Source of the DNA: an uncultured bacterium
Lineage (GTDB): Bacteria; JAHJDO01
Length of the DNA: 64,000 bases
Direction: 5' to 3'
NCBI GenBank assembly: GCA_964437505.1
Contig: CAYTGU010000005.1
Coordinates: 15,645-79,644, forward strand
Below, piece after piece: positions 47,131 to 57,650 of this stretch. The translations under genes were made by a program, and so were the position numbers. Within the stretch, counting starts at the first letter, position 1. Each line of letters begins with the position of its first letter. The notes under the pieces are model-generated. The model made no database searches and was not told where the DNA came from. It was given only the letters and a program-made list of their open reading frames with translations.

Positions 47131-47782
47131 AATAACGATAGCTATTGACGGGCCTGCCGGTTCAGGTAAAAGCAGTGTTTCAAAGATTGTTGCAAGAAGG
47201 TTGGGGCTTTTGTATATAGACACAGGCGCTATGTACAGAGCGTTGACACTTAAGGCTATGAGAAATGGTATTGACATGAAAAAAGAGACAGATCTGGTAG
47301 AACTTGCGCATAATACGGAAATTGAGCTAATTCATCAGGAAGAGGAAACTGTTGTTTTACTTGATGGACGAGATGTAACAGAGGAAATAAGAGGAACTGA
47401 TGTAACAAATAATGTCTTTTATCTTGCCAGAACAGAAGGGGTAAGAGAGTGCATGAAGAAATTGCAGAGGAAAATTGCAGAAAAAGGTAATGTTGTAATG
47501 GAGGGACGGGATATTACAACGGTTATATTGCCTGATGCTGACTACAAGTTTTATCTGGATGCTTCTTTTGAGGAGCGGGTAAAAAGACGCAGGAAAGAAT
47601 TAGAACAAGATGGTCAGCAAGTTGTAAAATCAGAACTTTCAGAGGATATAAAAGTGCGGGACAAAAAAGATTTAACAAGAAAAATAGCGCCTTTAAAAAA
47701 AGCAGAGGATGCTATTATTGTTGACTCAACAGGAATGAGTTTGGAAGAAGAAGCAGAAACAGTCATATCCTATATAAAATGA
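47120..47782 (+). CDS. cmk: Cytidylate kinase.
   Basis: Contains IAIDGPAGSGKSS and YIDTGAMYRA. Confidence 0.9.
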   Translation: MRNKITIAIDGPAGSGKSSVSKIVARRLGLLYIDTGAMYRALTLKAMRNGIDMKKETDLVELAHNTEIELIHQEEETVVLLDGRDVTEEIRGTDVTNNVFYLARTEGVRECMKKLQRKIAEKGNVVMEGRDITTVILPDADYKFYLDASFEERVKRRRKELEQDGQQVVKSELSEDIKVRDKKDLTRKIAPLKKAEDAIIVDSTGMSLEEEAETVISYIK

Positions 47783-48387
47783 TATATACAGTAGCTAAAT
47801 TAATTTCATATATTTTCTGTAAGATTTATTTCAGATTAGAAGTGAATGGTGCTGATAATATCCCTGAAAAGGGGGGAGTGTTAGTGGCTTCAAATCATGG
47901 CAGTTTCCTTGATCCTGTTATTGTAGGTGTTGGAATATCGAGACAAACTTATTACCTGACAAAACAAAGCTTGTTTGAGATTCCTATATTTAGATTGTTA
48001 ATCAAAGCTTTGCATACTATTCCTGTAAGGCGTGAGTTGGTGAGTGTTTCTACCTTTAAAGAATTAATTAAATCCCTGAATGCTAAAAAAGTTATTATTT
48101 TATTTCCCGAAGGGACAAGAAGTCTGGATGGAAAACTAGGTCAAGGAAAAGTTGGTGTGGGTATGATTGCTTTAAAAGCAGATGTTCCCATTATACCTGC
48201 ATATATAGATGGAGCAATAAAGGCTTTTCCTAAAAATGGAAAATGGATATATCCAAAGAAGATTAGAGTTATATTTGGCAAGCCAATTATGCCAAATTGT
48301 AAAGATCTAAATAAAAAAAACTATCGAGAGATAAGCACTCAAGTAATGCAGTCTATAAGTAGTCTAAAAGAAAATATCGCTTGCTAA
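47779..48387 (+). CDS. plsC: 1-acyl-sn-glycerol-3-phosphate acyltransferase.
   Basis: 202 aa with NHGSFLD (the HX4D motif) and FPEGTRS. Confidence 0.85.
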   Translation: MIYTVAKLISYIFCKIYFRLEVNGADNIPEKGGVLVASNHGSFLDPVIVGVGISRQTYYLTKQSLFEIPIFRLLIKALHTIPVRRELVSVSTFKELIKSLNAKKVIILFPEGTRSLDGKLGQGKVGVGMIALKADVPIIPAYIDGAIKAFPKNGKWIYPKKIRVIFGKPIMPNCKDLNKKNYREISTQVMQSISSLKENIAC

Positions 48388-48460
48388 TAGGAAAACAGTC
48401 TGCTATTTTGTAGGAATAAATTTTGGGACATTTCGAAAAAATGAGGAGGATTTTAGTTTA

Positions 48461-50074
48461 ATGCAAAAGACTAAGGAAGATTTAGAAGCATTATATGAAC
48501 AGAGTTTTAAAAATATTAAAAAAGGGGATGTGGTAAAGGGTGAAATTATTGAAATAGGACGAAATGAGGTAGTAGTGGATATAGGGTATAAGTCTGAAGG
48601 AGTAATCCCCATTGATGAATTTAAGGATGCATCTAAGCTAAAGGTTGGAGATGAGACCGAAGTTTTACTTGAGAAAATTGAAGATGAATCAGGCGTAGTT
48701 GTCTTATCAAAAGAAAAGGCTGGCCAAATGAAGTTTTGGAACGAAATCGTGGCGGCATTTTCAGAGGAAAAAAGCGTCACAGGCAGACTAATAAGAAAGA
48801 TAAAAGGTGGATTTTCTGCAGATATCGGAGTTGAGGGGTTCTTACCTACTTCACAGTCAGATATTAAGATAATTGCTGATTTTGAAAATATGGTTAATAA
48901 GGATTTAGAGTTTAAGATCATAAAATTGAATAAAATGCGTAGAAATGTTGTGCTTTCTCGCAATGCGTTGTTTAAGAAGACACAAACAGAGGATAGAGAA
49001 AAACTTTTTGGAGAGCTAAAGGAAGGACAGATTAGAAAAGGATTCATTAAAAATATAACAGATTTTGGAGCCTTTGTTGACCTTGGAGGAATTGATGGAT
49101 TGCTTCATATAACAGATATATCATGGGGGCGCATATCGCATCCTTCAGACGTGCTTTCTCTTGGACAGGAGATAGAAGTTATGATTTTATCAATTGATAA
49201 AGAAAAGAATAGAGTATCTCTCGGTCTAAAGCAGAAAGCTACCAATCCGTGGTTAGATATAGATAAAAAATATCCTATTGGTTCAAAGGTTAAAGGAAAA
49301 GTAGTGAATATTACTGCCTATGGGGCTTTTGTTGAATTAGAAGAAGGAATAGAGGGCTTAATGCATATATCTCAGATGTCATGGACTAAAAAGATTATGC
49401 ATCCGTCTGAAGTTGTAAATGTGGGAGATGTAGTAGAAGCTATAGTTTTAAGTCTTGAAAAGGGAGAGGAAAAAATTTCTTTAGGTATGAAACAGTTAGA
49501 AGTAAATCCGTGGGAAAAGGTAGAAAAAAAATATCCTGTTGGAACAAGGATTAAAGGCCTAATTAGGAACATAACTGATTATGGTGTATTTGTTGAAGTA
49601 GAAGAAGGAGTAGATGGTCTGGTACATATCTCGGATTTATCATGGTCCACGAGGGTAAATGATCCGTCAAAAATATTTAAAAAGGGTGATGAAATAGAAG
49701 TTGTTGTTTTATCTATAGACTCAGATAATAAAAAAATATCGCTAGGTGTAAAACAGCTTACACCTGACCCTTGGGAAAAGTTATCTGATAAATACGAAGT
49801 TGGAATGAATATGGAATGTAAAGTAATAAAGATAACTAAATTTGGTATTTTTGTTGAGCTGGAACAAGGAGTAGAAGGGTTGGTTCATGTTTCAGAGCTG
49901 GCTGAAGAAGAGAATCTGGAGAAAAAATATAAAATTGGCATGAAGATCACTGCTAGAATAGTTAGAATTGATTTACGGGAAAGGAAGATAGGTCTAAGTA
50001 TAAAGGAATCTGACAATAAGCAGGAAAAAGAAGAAATAAAAATTGAAGACAAGCAAACTAAAAAAGAAGAATAG
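48461..50074 (+). CDS. rpsA: 30S ribosomal protein S1.
   Basis: 537 aa with multiple S1 repeats (G..V.G.V..I...G.FV). An AGGAGG RBS precedes it. Confidence 0.9.
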   Translation: MQKTKEDLEALYEQSFKNIKKGDVVKGEIIEIGRNEVVVDIGYKSEGVIPIDEFKDASKLKVGDETEVLLEKIEDESGVVVLSKEKAGQMKFWNEIVAAFSEEKSVTGRLIRKIKGGFSADIGVEGFLPTSQSDIKIIADFENMVNKDLEFKIIKLNKMRRNVVLSRNALFKKTQTEDREKLFGELKEGQIRKGFIKNITDFGAFVDLGGIDGLLHITDISWGRISHPSDVLSLGQEIEVMILSIDKEKNRVSLGLKQKATNPWLDIDKKYPIGSKVKGKVVNITAYGAFVELEEGIEGLMHISQMSWTKKIMHPSEVVNVGDVVEAIVLSLEKGEEKISLGMKQLEVNPWEKVEKKYPVGTRIKGLIRNITDYGVFVEVEEGVDGLVHISDLSWSTRVNDPSKIFKKGDEIEVVVLSIDSDNKKISLGVKQLTPDPWEKLSDKYEVGMNMECKVIKITKFGIFVELEQGVEGLVHVSELAEEENLEKKYKIGMKITARIVRIDLRERKIGLSIKESDNKQEKEEIKIEDKQTKKEE

Positions 50075-50097
50075 CAAAATTGGGAAGAGATTATAAG

Positions 50098-50128
50098 CGA
50101 AGGTGCATGTAAAAGTGCACCTTTTTTA
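50098..50128 (+). terminator. Rho-independent terminator after rpsA.
   Basis: GAAGGTGCA-tgtaaaag-TGCACCTT hairpin (8-bp stem) followed by TTTTTT. Confidence 0.7.
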
Positions 50129-50133
50129 ATGAG

Positions 50134-51045
50134 ATGATAGCTTTTTTTGTCCTAATATTTAGTTTATGTGTAGGTAGTTTTTTAAATGTATGTATTTATC
50201 GAATCCCTAGGCAAAAGTCTATAGTGTTGCCATCGTCCCTATGTCCAAAATGCTCTAAGAGCATAAAATGGTTTGATAATATTCCACTGATAAGCTATAT
50301 CCTACTTAGAGGCAGATGCAGGTTCTGTAAAGAGAAAATATCTGTGCAGTATTTTATTGTTGAGCTTCTCACAGGAGTTCTATTCCTGTTACTGTATTTT
50401 AAATTTGGCATTAAACCCAAATTTTTTATATACTCGCTTCTTTTTGCTGTATTCATAGTTGTTTCTTTTATCGATATTGAGTGGATGCTTATTCCTGATT
50501 TTTTTTCTCTTTTCGGAATTGCATTCGGGCTTTTAGTAAGTTTTCTTTATCCTCCATTAATGAATTCACTATCAAACCTTGAAGCTTTTCTAAAATCCTT
50601 AGGAGGGGCTTTATGTGGGGGATTAAGTCTTACATGTGTGGCTTTTTTTGGCTGGTTTGTCTTTAGAAAAGAGGCAATGGGGGGCGGCGATATCAAGTTA
50701 ATAGCAATGATAGGAGCATTTATTGGATGGCAGTCTACTTTAATGACTCTTTTTATCTCGTTTCTCACAGGCGCATTTTTTGGAGTAAGCTTCCTAATTG
50801 TAATAGCGATAGAAAGAACAGGCACAACACTTAGGAGAATAAAAATGAAGAGTAGGGGACTCACAAAAACTCAACTTTATTTCATAGTGTCTTCTAAGAG
50901 CCTGATTCACCAATTGAGTCGTAGAAGAGGGACTGCGATCCCATTTGGTCCATATATTGTGCTTGGAGCAATTTTATCCATATTATATGGAGATAAGCTT
51001 CTTAAAATTTATCCTATTGTTCTCCAGAAGATATGGGGCATGTAA
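50134..51045 (+). CDS. pilD: Type IV prepilin leader peptidase / N-methyltransferase (A24 family).
   Basis: 303 aa with an N-terminal tetra-Cys module (C..C...C..C) and a GGGDIKL aspartyl motif. A roughly 35-aa insertion precedes the conserved PFGPY. Confidence 0.85.
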   Translation: MIAFFVLIFSLCVGSFLNVCIYRIPRQKSIVLPSSLCPKCSKSIKWFDNIPLISYILLRGRCRFCKEKISVQYFIVELLTGVLFLLLYFKFGIKPKFFIYSLLFAVFIVVSFIDIEWMLIPDFFSLFGIAFGLLVSFLYPPLMNSLSNLEAFLKSLGGALCGGLSLTCVAFFGWFVFRKEAMGGGDIKLIAMIGAFIGWQSTLMTLFISFLTGAFFGVSFLIVIAIERTGTTLRRIKMKSRGLTKTQLYFIVSSKSLIHQLSRRRGTAIPFGPYIVLGAILSILYGDKLLKIYPIVLQKIWGM

Positions 51046-51057
51046 GGGAGACTGACA

Positions 51058-52509
51058 GTGGAAGAAAAATCAGTATTTGGACTTGGGAGAGATGGAAGAA
51101 GAGGCTATACTTTACCTTTATGTGATGTATTAGAGAGGGATATTTTAGAACTAGTTCCTGCAAGATTCATCAGGAAGAATGCTCCCAACTTGCCACAGCT
51201 TACAGAGTTAGAAGTTATAAGACATTTCACAAGACTTTCAAAGGTCAATTTCAGTGTTGATTCCGAACTGTATCCTTTGGGTTCTTGTACAATGAAATAC
51301 AATCCAAAAATCAATGAAGAATTAGCAGAGTCCATAGATTTTAGATGTATTCATCCTTTTGCCTCAGAAGAGTTATCTCAAGGAGCATTACACATTCTTT
51401 ATCATATGGACAGGCTCCTTTCAGAGATTGGGGGTATGGCAAAAACATGTATGCAACCAGCTGCTGGTGCACATGGTGAGCTTACAGCAATGATGATGAT
51501 AAAAGCGTATTTTAAAGATAAAAAAGAGAAGAGGGGAAAGGTGATAGTTCCTGATTCGGCACATGGGACGAATCCTGCTAGTGCTGCATTATGCGGTTAT
51601 GAAGTAGTTGAGGTTAAATCTGATAATAGAGGAAACATTGATGTAGAATCTTTAAAGAACGTTGTTGACGAAAAAGTCGCATGCCTTATGTTGACTAATC
51701 CAAACACATTAGGACTGTTTGATGAACATATTATGGAAATATCCGAGATCATACATTCAAAAGGTGCTCTTTTATATTATGATGGTGCAAATATGAACGC
51801 AATACTTGGTATTGTACGGCCGGGTGATATGGGGTTTGATATAATGCATTATAATCTTCATAAAACCTTTTCAACACCTCATGGCGGAGGCGGCCCTGGC
51901 TCAGGTCCAATAGCATGTAAAGAACACCTAAATCCATATTTGCCTTTACCACTGATAGAAAAAGATGAGGAGGATAATTACTATTTTAAGTATAATTGTC
52001 CAAAATCAATAGGCAGAATGCACTCATTCTATGGCAATTTTCTAGTAATATTTAAAGCGTATGTATATATCAGAATGCTTGGACCAGATGGGCTTAGAGA
52101 TGTTAGTGAGAATGCTGTGCTTAATGCAAATTATTTATTGGCTAAATTAAAAGATAATTTTGATATATCATATGACAGGAATTGCATGCATGAATTTGTT
52201 TTATCTGCGCAACGATTTAAGGGAAAAGGAGTAAGAGCACTGGATATTGCAAAAAGATTGTTGGATTATGGCATACATCCTCCAACAGTGTATTTTCCTT
52301 TAATTGTGCACGAAGCACTGATGATAGAGCCAACAGAAACAGAGACAAAAGAAACACTAGATGAATTTGTAGATGTAATGGCCAAAATAGCGCAAGAGAT
52401 AGAAAACGCCCCTGAAAAGGTTGTAAATGCACCGCATAAGACTTCTTTATCAAGGCTGGATGAGGTTGAAGCTGCAAGACACCCTGATTTACGATGGTCA
52501 GCGGATTAA
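51058..52509 (+). CDS. gcvPB: Glycine dehydrogenase (decarboxylating) subunit 2 (P-protein C-terminal subunit), located about 47 kb from gcvPA.
   Basis: 483 aa with a PLP-binding region (YNLHKTFSTPHGGGGPG) typical of GcvPB. Confidence 0.88.
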   Translation: MEEKSVFGLGRDGRRGYTLPLCDVLERDILELVPARFIRKNAPNLPQLTELEVIRHFTRLSKVNFSVDSELYPLGSCTMKYNPKINEELAESIDFRCIHPFASEELSQGALHILYHMDRLLSEIGGMAKTCMQPAAGAHGELTAMMMIKAYFKDKKEKRGKVIVPDSAHGTNPASAALCGYEVVEVKSDNRGNIDVESLKNVVDEKVACLMLTNPNTLGLFDEHIMEISEIIHSKGALLYYDGANMNAILGIVRPGDMGFDIMHYNLHKTFSTPHGGGGPGSGPIACKEHLNPYLPLPLIEKDEEDNYYFKYNCPKSIGRMHSFYGNFLVIFKAYVYIRMLGPDGLRDVSENAVLNANYLLAKLKDNFDISYDRNCMHEFVLSAQRFKGKGVRALDIAKRLLDYGIHPPTVYFPLIVHEALMIEPTETETKETLDEFVDVMAKIAQEIENAPEKVVNAPHKTSLSRLDEVEAARHPDLRWSAD

Positions 52510-53649
52510 GTTTCTTATTTTCTGAAACTCTTCCCACATTGCCCAAAAGTTTTTCGCAGGGACATCTGCCTGAATATTGTGAATAGCGGAAAATACATAT
52601 CCTCCATCTTTGGCAAGTATGTCAACGGATTTTTTTACATCATCTCTAACCTGTTGAGGTGTTCCATGAGGCAGAGTCTCCTGGGTATTAATTCCTCCTC
52701 CCCAGAAACAAATGTCTTTTGAAAATTCTTTTTTTAATTTTTCTGCGTTCATACCTGTAGCGTTGGTTTGCACAGGATTTAATATATCTACCCCTATATC
52801 AATAAAGTCCGGGATTATCTCTGATATGGCGCCGCAGCTATGAAAGAAAATTTTCGCTTGAGGAGCTTTTGATTTGATAAAAGACAACAGCTTCTTTTGT
52901 CTCGGCTTGAGAATTTCTCTATACATATCAGGTGAGACCAATAAACTTTGCTGTGTCCCAAGGTCGTCGCATTCAGCAATAATATCTGCTCGCTTTCCTG
53001 CAAATGAAAGAACTCTATCCCAGTATCGCATTTTTATTTCCAGTATTTTGTCAATCAAGTACTCAGCCATTTTTTTAGAACAAGCCAAATCCATGTAAAA
53101 ATTTTCGTAGCCTCTTATCCTAAAAGCCATCTCAAATAATCCTGCGCAATTGCGGTCAACTACAAGCGCTTTATCATCGGGGATAGCACCAAGCTCTTTT
53201 CTTAATATATCAAAGTTAACTGTCTTCTCAGGATCTGGAAAATCATACGATTTCAAATCCTCAATGGTTTTTGCATTCTGAAGAGGATATGCAGTATTTT
53301 CGTTAAAATAAAAATCCAACTCTGTGTTCATACTCCATGTTATACCCCATTCATCCAGATAACTTATTGTTTTACCCTTTTTGATTGCTTTCTTCTCAAG
53401 ATTGTAAATACGTGGCGGACCAAGTCTCACAGTATCTACTTCTAAATAATCAAGAACTTGTTTTGACGGAATGACAATTTGTTGTATGTCATCATGCATT
53501 ATAAAATCGCAAGAAAGATTCCGCAATTTCATAGCATTTATAAAAGCAATTTTTGTAATTGCAGTTACTGTTGTTCCTGAGAGATCACAAGGAATTTTAT
53601 CAGGTACAGAATGTTCAATTGCTCTTAAAACTCGCTCCCTTGAATTCAT
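52498..53649 (-). CDS. Uroporphyrinogen decarboxylase (URO-D) family protein (HemE/MtaA-like).
   Basis: 383 aa (beta/alpha)8 URO-D fold family. Its specific function was not assigned. Confidence 0.6.
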   Translation of the reverse strand: MNSRERVLRAIEHSVPDKIPCDLSGTTVTAITKIAFINAMKLRNLSCDFIMHDDIQQIVIPSKQVLDYLEVDTVRLGPPRIYNLEKKAIKKGKTISYLDEWGITWSMNTELDFYFNENTAYPLQNAKTIEDLKSYDFPDPEKTVNFDILRKELGAIPDDKALVVDRNCAGLFEMAFRIRGYENFYMDLACSKKMAEYLIDKILEIKMRYWDRVLSFAGKRADIIAECDDLGTQQSLLVSPDMYREILKPRQKKLLSFIKSKAPQAKIFFHSCGAISEIIPDFIDIGVDILNPVQTNATGMNAEKLKKEFSKDICFWGGGINTQETLPHGTPQQVRDDVKKSVDILAKDGGYVFSAIHNIQADVPAKNFWAMWEEFQKIRNLIR

Positions 53650-53820
53650 GCGAAAAATTTTAACATAATAACAAACACATGTCTTTAGAATAAATCACTT
53701 TTTTGTTTAAATTTTCACTGTAGCTGTACTGTTTCAGAAAATGAAATCGGGAACAAGGTCTTTAGTCATATTGCTTATTATTTTCTTTTGCAGGATGTTT
53801 TTTAATGATAATATGACTAT

Positions 53821-55269
53821 ATGGAGAATATCAATGTTAAAGACAATTTAATGCAAAGGGCATCAAAAATCATTTGTAATTATAGAATGATTTCAAAAAG
53901 AGACAGTTTACTTGTCGGTGTTTCAGGAGGACCTGATTCTGTCGTTCTTTTATATCTTCTCATGGAACTCAAAGATAAGTATAATCTTCAGCTTTATATA
54001 GTTCATCTAAATCATATGCTTAGAGGAAATGAATCTGAAGAGGACGCAAGGTATGTGAAAAGACTAGCAAAAAAGTTAAAGCTTCCTGCTTTTATTGGGA
54101 ATAAGGATGTGAATAAATTCGCAAAAGTAAACAAACTGTCCTTAGAAGAAGCCGCCAGAATTCAAAGATATGATTTTTATGAACAAATAGCAGACAAATT
54201 GAATATAAGAAAGATCGCCTTAGGCCACACTGCAGATGACAATGCAGAAACTGTTATCATGAGATTATTAAGAGGTGCAGGAGAGACAGGATTAACAGGC
54301 ATCTATCCTGTTAGACATATTGGAAACTTAAAAGTGATTCGTCCGTTACTGAATATTTACAGAGTAGAGATTGAAGCGTTTCTAAAAGAGAAAAAAATCA
54401 GTGTGCGTACTGATTCCTCTAATGTGGACAGCAAATTTCTCAGGAATAAAGTCAGATTAAATTTAATACCACTTTTAGAGAAAAGCTATAATCAAAATGT
54501 AAAGCAGGTATTAATTAATACGGCTGATATTTTAAGAGAAGAGAATGAATATCTTGAAGAGATTGCAGAGAAGTTTTATTCCGAAAGCATTCGGAAGACT
54601 GTCTTAGGTAAAAGTAATGAGAATATACAGCTGGATATCAGTAAAATTAGAAGTTATCCTCTGGCAATTCAAAGAAGAGTTATTAGATATGGGATTAAAG
54701 AACTGACTGGAAGTCTAAGGCAAATTACATATCTGCATTGTAATGAAGTATTAAAACTGTTAAAGGGCAATCTAGCTTATGGGCAGATAGACTTACCTAA
54801 TGGATTAGTAGTGGAACGGATGCGTAGAGAGTTGGTTATTCGCAGAGGCAAGGCACAGAATATACGTAGCATAATCTATCCTGTTAAGATTCCGGGAGAA
54901 ACTATTATTTCTGAGCTTGGAGTAAAACTAGTCTGCACAATTTACATCAAAAAGAGCAACATCAAACTCTCTAGACATGGGCAGCAATATCAGGAGTACC
55001 TTGATTACGGCAAAATCAAGGAACCTGTTTTTATAAGAAGTCGAAAAAACGGAGATACATTTCAGCCGTTGGGAATGATTGGGAAAAAGAAGATAAAGGA
55101 TTTTCTCATAGACCAAAAAATTCCTCAGCCTGAAAAGAACAGGGTTCTGCTTCTAACTGATAAAATAGGTATTATCTGGATTGTAGGTTTTAGGATTAGT
55201 GATAAATTTAAGGTTACAGAAAAGACAAAACAAGTTTTAAAAGTGAGATTCTTAAAAATAAAGAAATGA
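53821..55269 (+). CDS. tilS: tRNA(Ile)-lysidine synthetase.
   Basis: Contains VGVSGGPDSVVLL, the PP-loop SGGxDS motif, in a 482-aa protein with a TilS-like C-terminal domain. Confidence 0.85.
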   Translation: MENINVKDNLMQRASKIICNYRMISKRDSLLVGVSGGPDSVVLLYLLMELKDKYNLQLYIVHLNHMLRGNESEEDARYVKRLAKKLKLPAFIGNKDVNKFAKVNKLSLEEAARIQRYDFYEQIADKLNIRKIALGHTADDNAETVIMRLLRGAGETGLTGIYPVRHIGNLKVIRPLLNIYRVEIEAFLKEKKISVRTDSSNVDSKFLRNKVRLNLIPLLEKSYNQNVKQVLINTADILREENEYLEEIAEKFYSESIRKTVLGKSNENIQLDISKIRSYPLAIQRRVIRYGIKELTGSLRQITYLHCNEVLKLLKGNLAYGQIDLPNGLVVERMRRELVIRRGKAQNIRSIIYPVKIPGETIISELGVKLVCTIYIKKSNIKLSRHGQQYQEYLDYGKIKEPVFIRSRKNGDTFQPLGMIGKKKIKDFLIDQKIPQPEKNRVLLLTDKIGIIWIVGFRISDKFKVTEKTKQVLKVRFLKIKK

Positions 55270-55281
55270 CGGAAAGGGGAT

Positions 55282-56244
55282 TTAATTCAGCAATTTTTCA
55301 ACGTGATTTATCAAATCTTTTACACCTTCTCCGGTCAGCGCAGAAATAGCAGATATATTCTTTGAATGCAGCTTTCTTTTAAAATCTTTAAGATTGACTT
55401 GCGCAGTAGTCATATCCATCTTATTAGCAACTATTATTTGGGCTCGATCACCTAAATTGTGTAAAGATAATTCCTTATTAATAGCATTAAATTTTGAATG
55501 TGAGTTTTTATCAGACATATCAATAAGATGTAGAATGATTTTTGTTCTGCTGATATGAGCCAAAAACTTGTTCCCCATTCCTTTTCCCTTGTGCGCACCT
55601 TCTATTAACCCTGGAATATCGGCAGCTACGAAGGATGAGTCATGTATTTTTACAACTCCCAAAAGCGGCTCTATGGTGGTAAATGGATAATCAGCTATTT
55701 TAGGCCTGGCATGTGATATGCGAGAAAGCAAAGTGGATTTTCCTGAGTTTGGATATCCAACCAGCCCAACATCAGCGATTAGGCGTAGCTCTAATCTAAT
55801 ATCCTTTTCTACTCCTTCTTTGCCTTGTTCTGCGATTCGCGGAACGCGTCTGGTAGATGTGGCAAATTTGGCATTTCCTTTTCCTCCTCTTCCGCCACGC
55901 GCAACTATGACACTATCAGCAGGATGACTAAGATCTGCAATAATTCTATTATTTTCTCTTATAATTGTTCCAACAGGTACATTTAATATAAGGGCAGGAC
56001 TGTTTTTGCCAAACATTTTTTTGCCTTTGCCATGTTGGCCATGTTTGGATTTGATATGTCTTTTATGAAGAAAATTGATAAGAGTTCTTTGATGTGGGTC
56101 AGCTTCAACAATGATGTCTCCTCCCTTTCCACCATCTCCTCCGTCAGGACCGCCTTTGGGAACGTGTTTTTCCCTGCGGAAGCTTACACATCCGTTACCA
56201 CCGTCGCCTGCTTTTACGTGTATGACAACATCATCAACAAACAA
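55282..56244 (-). CDS. obg: GTPase Obg (short form lacking a C-terminal extension).
   Basis: FVDDVVIHVKAGDGGNGCVSFRREKHVPKGGPDGGDGGKGGD Obg fold, followed by a GYPNSGKST G1 motif. Confidence 0.9.
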   Translation of the reverse strand: MFVDDVVIHVKAGDGGNGCVSFRREKHVPKGGPDGGDGGKGGDIIVEADPHQRTLINFLHKRHIKSKHGQHGKGKKMFGKNSPALILNVPVGTIIRENNRIIADLSHPADSVIVARGGRGGKGNAKFATSTRRVPRIAEQGKEGVEKDIRLELRLIADVGLVGYPNSGKSTLLSRISHARPKIADYPFTTIEPLLGVVKIHDSSFVAADIPGLIEGAHKGKGMGNKFLAHISRTKIILHLIDMSDKNSHSKFNAINKELSLHNLGDRAQIIVANKMDMTTAQVNLKDFKRKLHSKNISAISALTGEGVKDLINHVEKLLN

Positions 56245-56245
56245 A

Positions 56246-56689
56246 TTATGCCTTTATTACCCATGTTTTTACTTCTGCTGTTACTTTTGGGTGAAGCTTG
56301 ATTTGGATATTAAAAACACCTAACTTTTTTATTGGTTCTTTTAATATGATTTTCTTCTTATCAATCTCTATTCCTTCCTGCTTTAGCATGTTTGCAATAT
56401 CAATAGAAGTAACAGAGCCATACATTTTTTCATCTTCTCCAACTTGAACAGGGATGGTTAAAGATAAACCAGAAAGCTTTTTTGCTATCTCTTCAACTCC
56501 TGCTTTTTCCTCCTGTATTTTTCTTCCTTTAGCTTTTTTAATTTGTTCTGCAACTTTCTCAGCACCTGGAGTTGCTTTAAGAGCTAATCCGTGTGGTAAT
56601 AGATAGTTTCTGCCATAGCCGTCTGCAACCTTTACTATATCTCCTATGCTTCCTAATTTGTCAATATCCTGTTTTAAAACAACCTTCAT
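56246..56689 (-). CDS. rplI: 50S ribosomal protein L9.
   Basis: MKVVLKQDIDKLGSIGDIVKVADGYGRNYLLP, the L9 N-terminus. Confidence 0.9.
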   Translation of the reverse strand: MKVVLKQDIDKLGSIGDIVKVADGYGRNYLLPHGLALKATPGAEKVAEQIKKAKGRKIQEEKAGVEEIAKKLSGLSLTIPVQVGEDEKMYGSVTSIDIANMLKQEGIEIDKKKIILKEPIKKLGVFNIQIKLHPKVTAEVKTWVIKA

Positions 56690-56701
56690 TTTATTCTCCT
56701 C

Positions 56702-57649
56702 TCACATTATACTATTTAGAATGGTTTTTGTCTTATTGAGACTTTTTTTGTCTTCTACATTGAGTATCTGAATACTCTTATCAATTCTTGAGATAAGTCC
56801 TGATAATACTCTCTTTGGTCCTACTTCGATAAATGTTCTAATTCCTGCTGATATCATGTTTTTAATTGAATCTTCCCATAGTACAGAGCCTGTTATTTGT
56901 TTAGTCAATGTCTCTTTTATATCAGAGGGCTTTGTTATCGGTTTTGCAGAAACATTTGCATATACGGGAATATTTGCAGTTTTAATGTTAAAATTTTGCA
57001 GTTCATCGTATAATTTTTCCTTTGCAGATTGCATTAGACAGGAATGAAACGGACCGCTCACTGCTAGTTTGATTACTTTTCGCACTCCTGCGGCAGTAGC
57101 TTCTTCTATTGCCTTATCAATAGCTTTATACTGGCCGGATACGACAATTTGCCCGGGACAATTATAATTAGCGATTTGTATAACTCCATATTTAGATGAG
57201 ATTTTGCAAATATTTTTAACTTGTTTAGTATCTAATCCAATAATTGCTGCCATTATGCCAGGGTGTTGCTTGGATGCTTCCTGTATAAATAGACTTCTTT
57301 TCTTAACAAGTAATAATGCGGATTCCATATCCAATGCATTTGAAGCTACCAAAGCGGAGTATTCCCCTAAACTGTGACCTGCAACAAAAGAAACAGAGTC
57401 TTTTTTAAGAAACTTATTAAGTACTGCTAAACAGGCAATACTCGCTGTAAGTATCGCTGGCTGGCAATTCTCTGTAGCACTCAAATTTTCTATAGGACCT
57501 TCAAAACACAATTTTGCAATATCATATCCGAGAACTTTATTTGCACATTGAAAGATATCTTTAGCACATGAATAATTATGGTAAAAGTCTTTTGCCATTC
57601 CAACATATTGGGAACCTTGACCGGGAAACACATACGCGATTTTCTTCAC
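56702..57649 (-). CDS. fabD: Malonyl-CoA:ACP transacylase.
   Basis: Contains FPGQGSQ and the GHSLGEYSAL active-site serine motif. Confidence 0.9.
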   Translation of the reverse strand: MKKIAYVFPGQGSQYVGMAKDFYHNYSCAKDIFQCANKVLGYDIAKLCFEGPIENLSATENCQPAILTASIACLAVLNKFLKKDSVSFVAGHSLGEYSALVASNALDMESALLLVKKRSLFIQEASKQHPGIMAAIIGLDTKQVKNICKISSKYGVIQIANYNCPGQIVVSGQYKAIDKAIEEATAAGVRKVIKLAVSGPFHSCLMQSAKEKLYDELQNFNIKTANIPVYANVSAKPITKPSDIKETLTKQITGSVLWEDSIKNMISAGIRTFIEVGPKRVLSGLISRIDKSIQILNVEDKKSLNKTKTILNSIM

Positions 57650-57650
57650 T

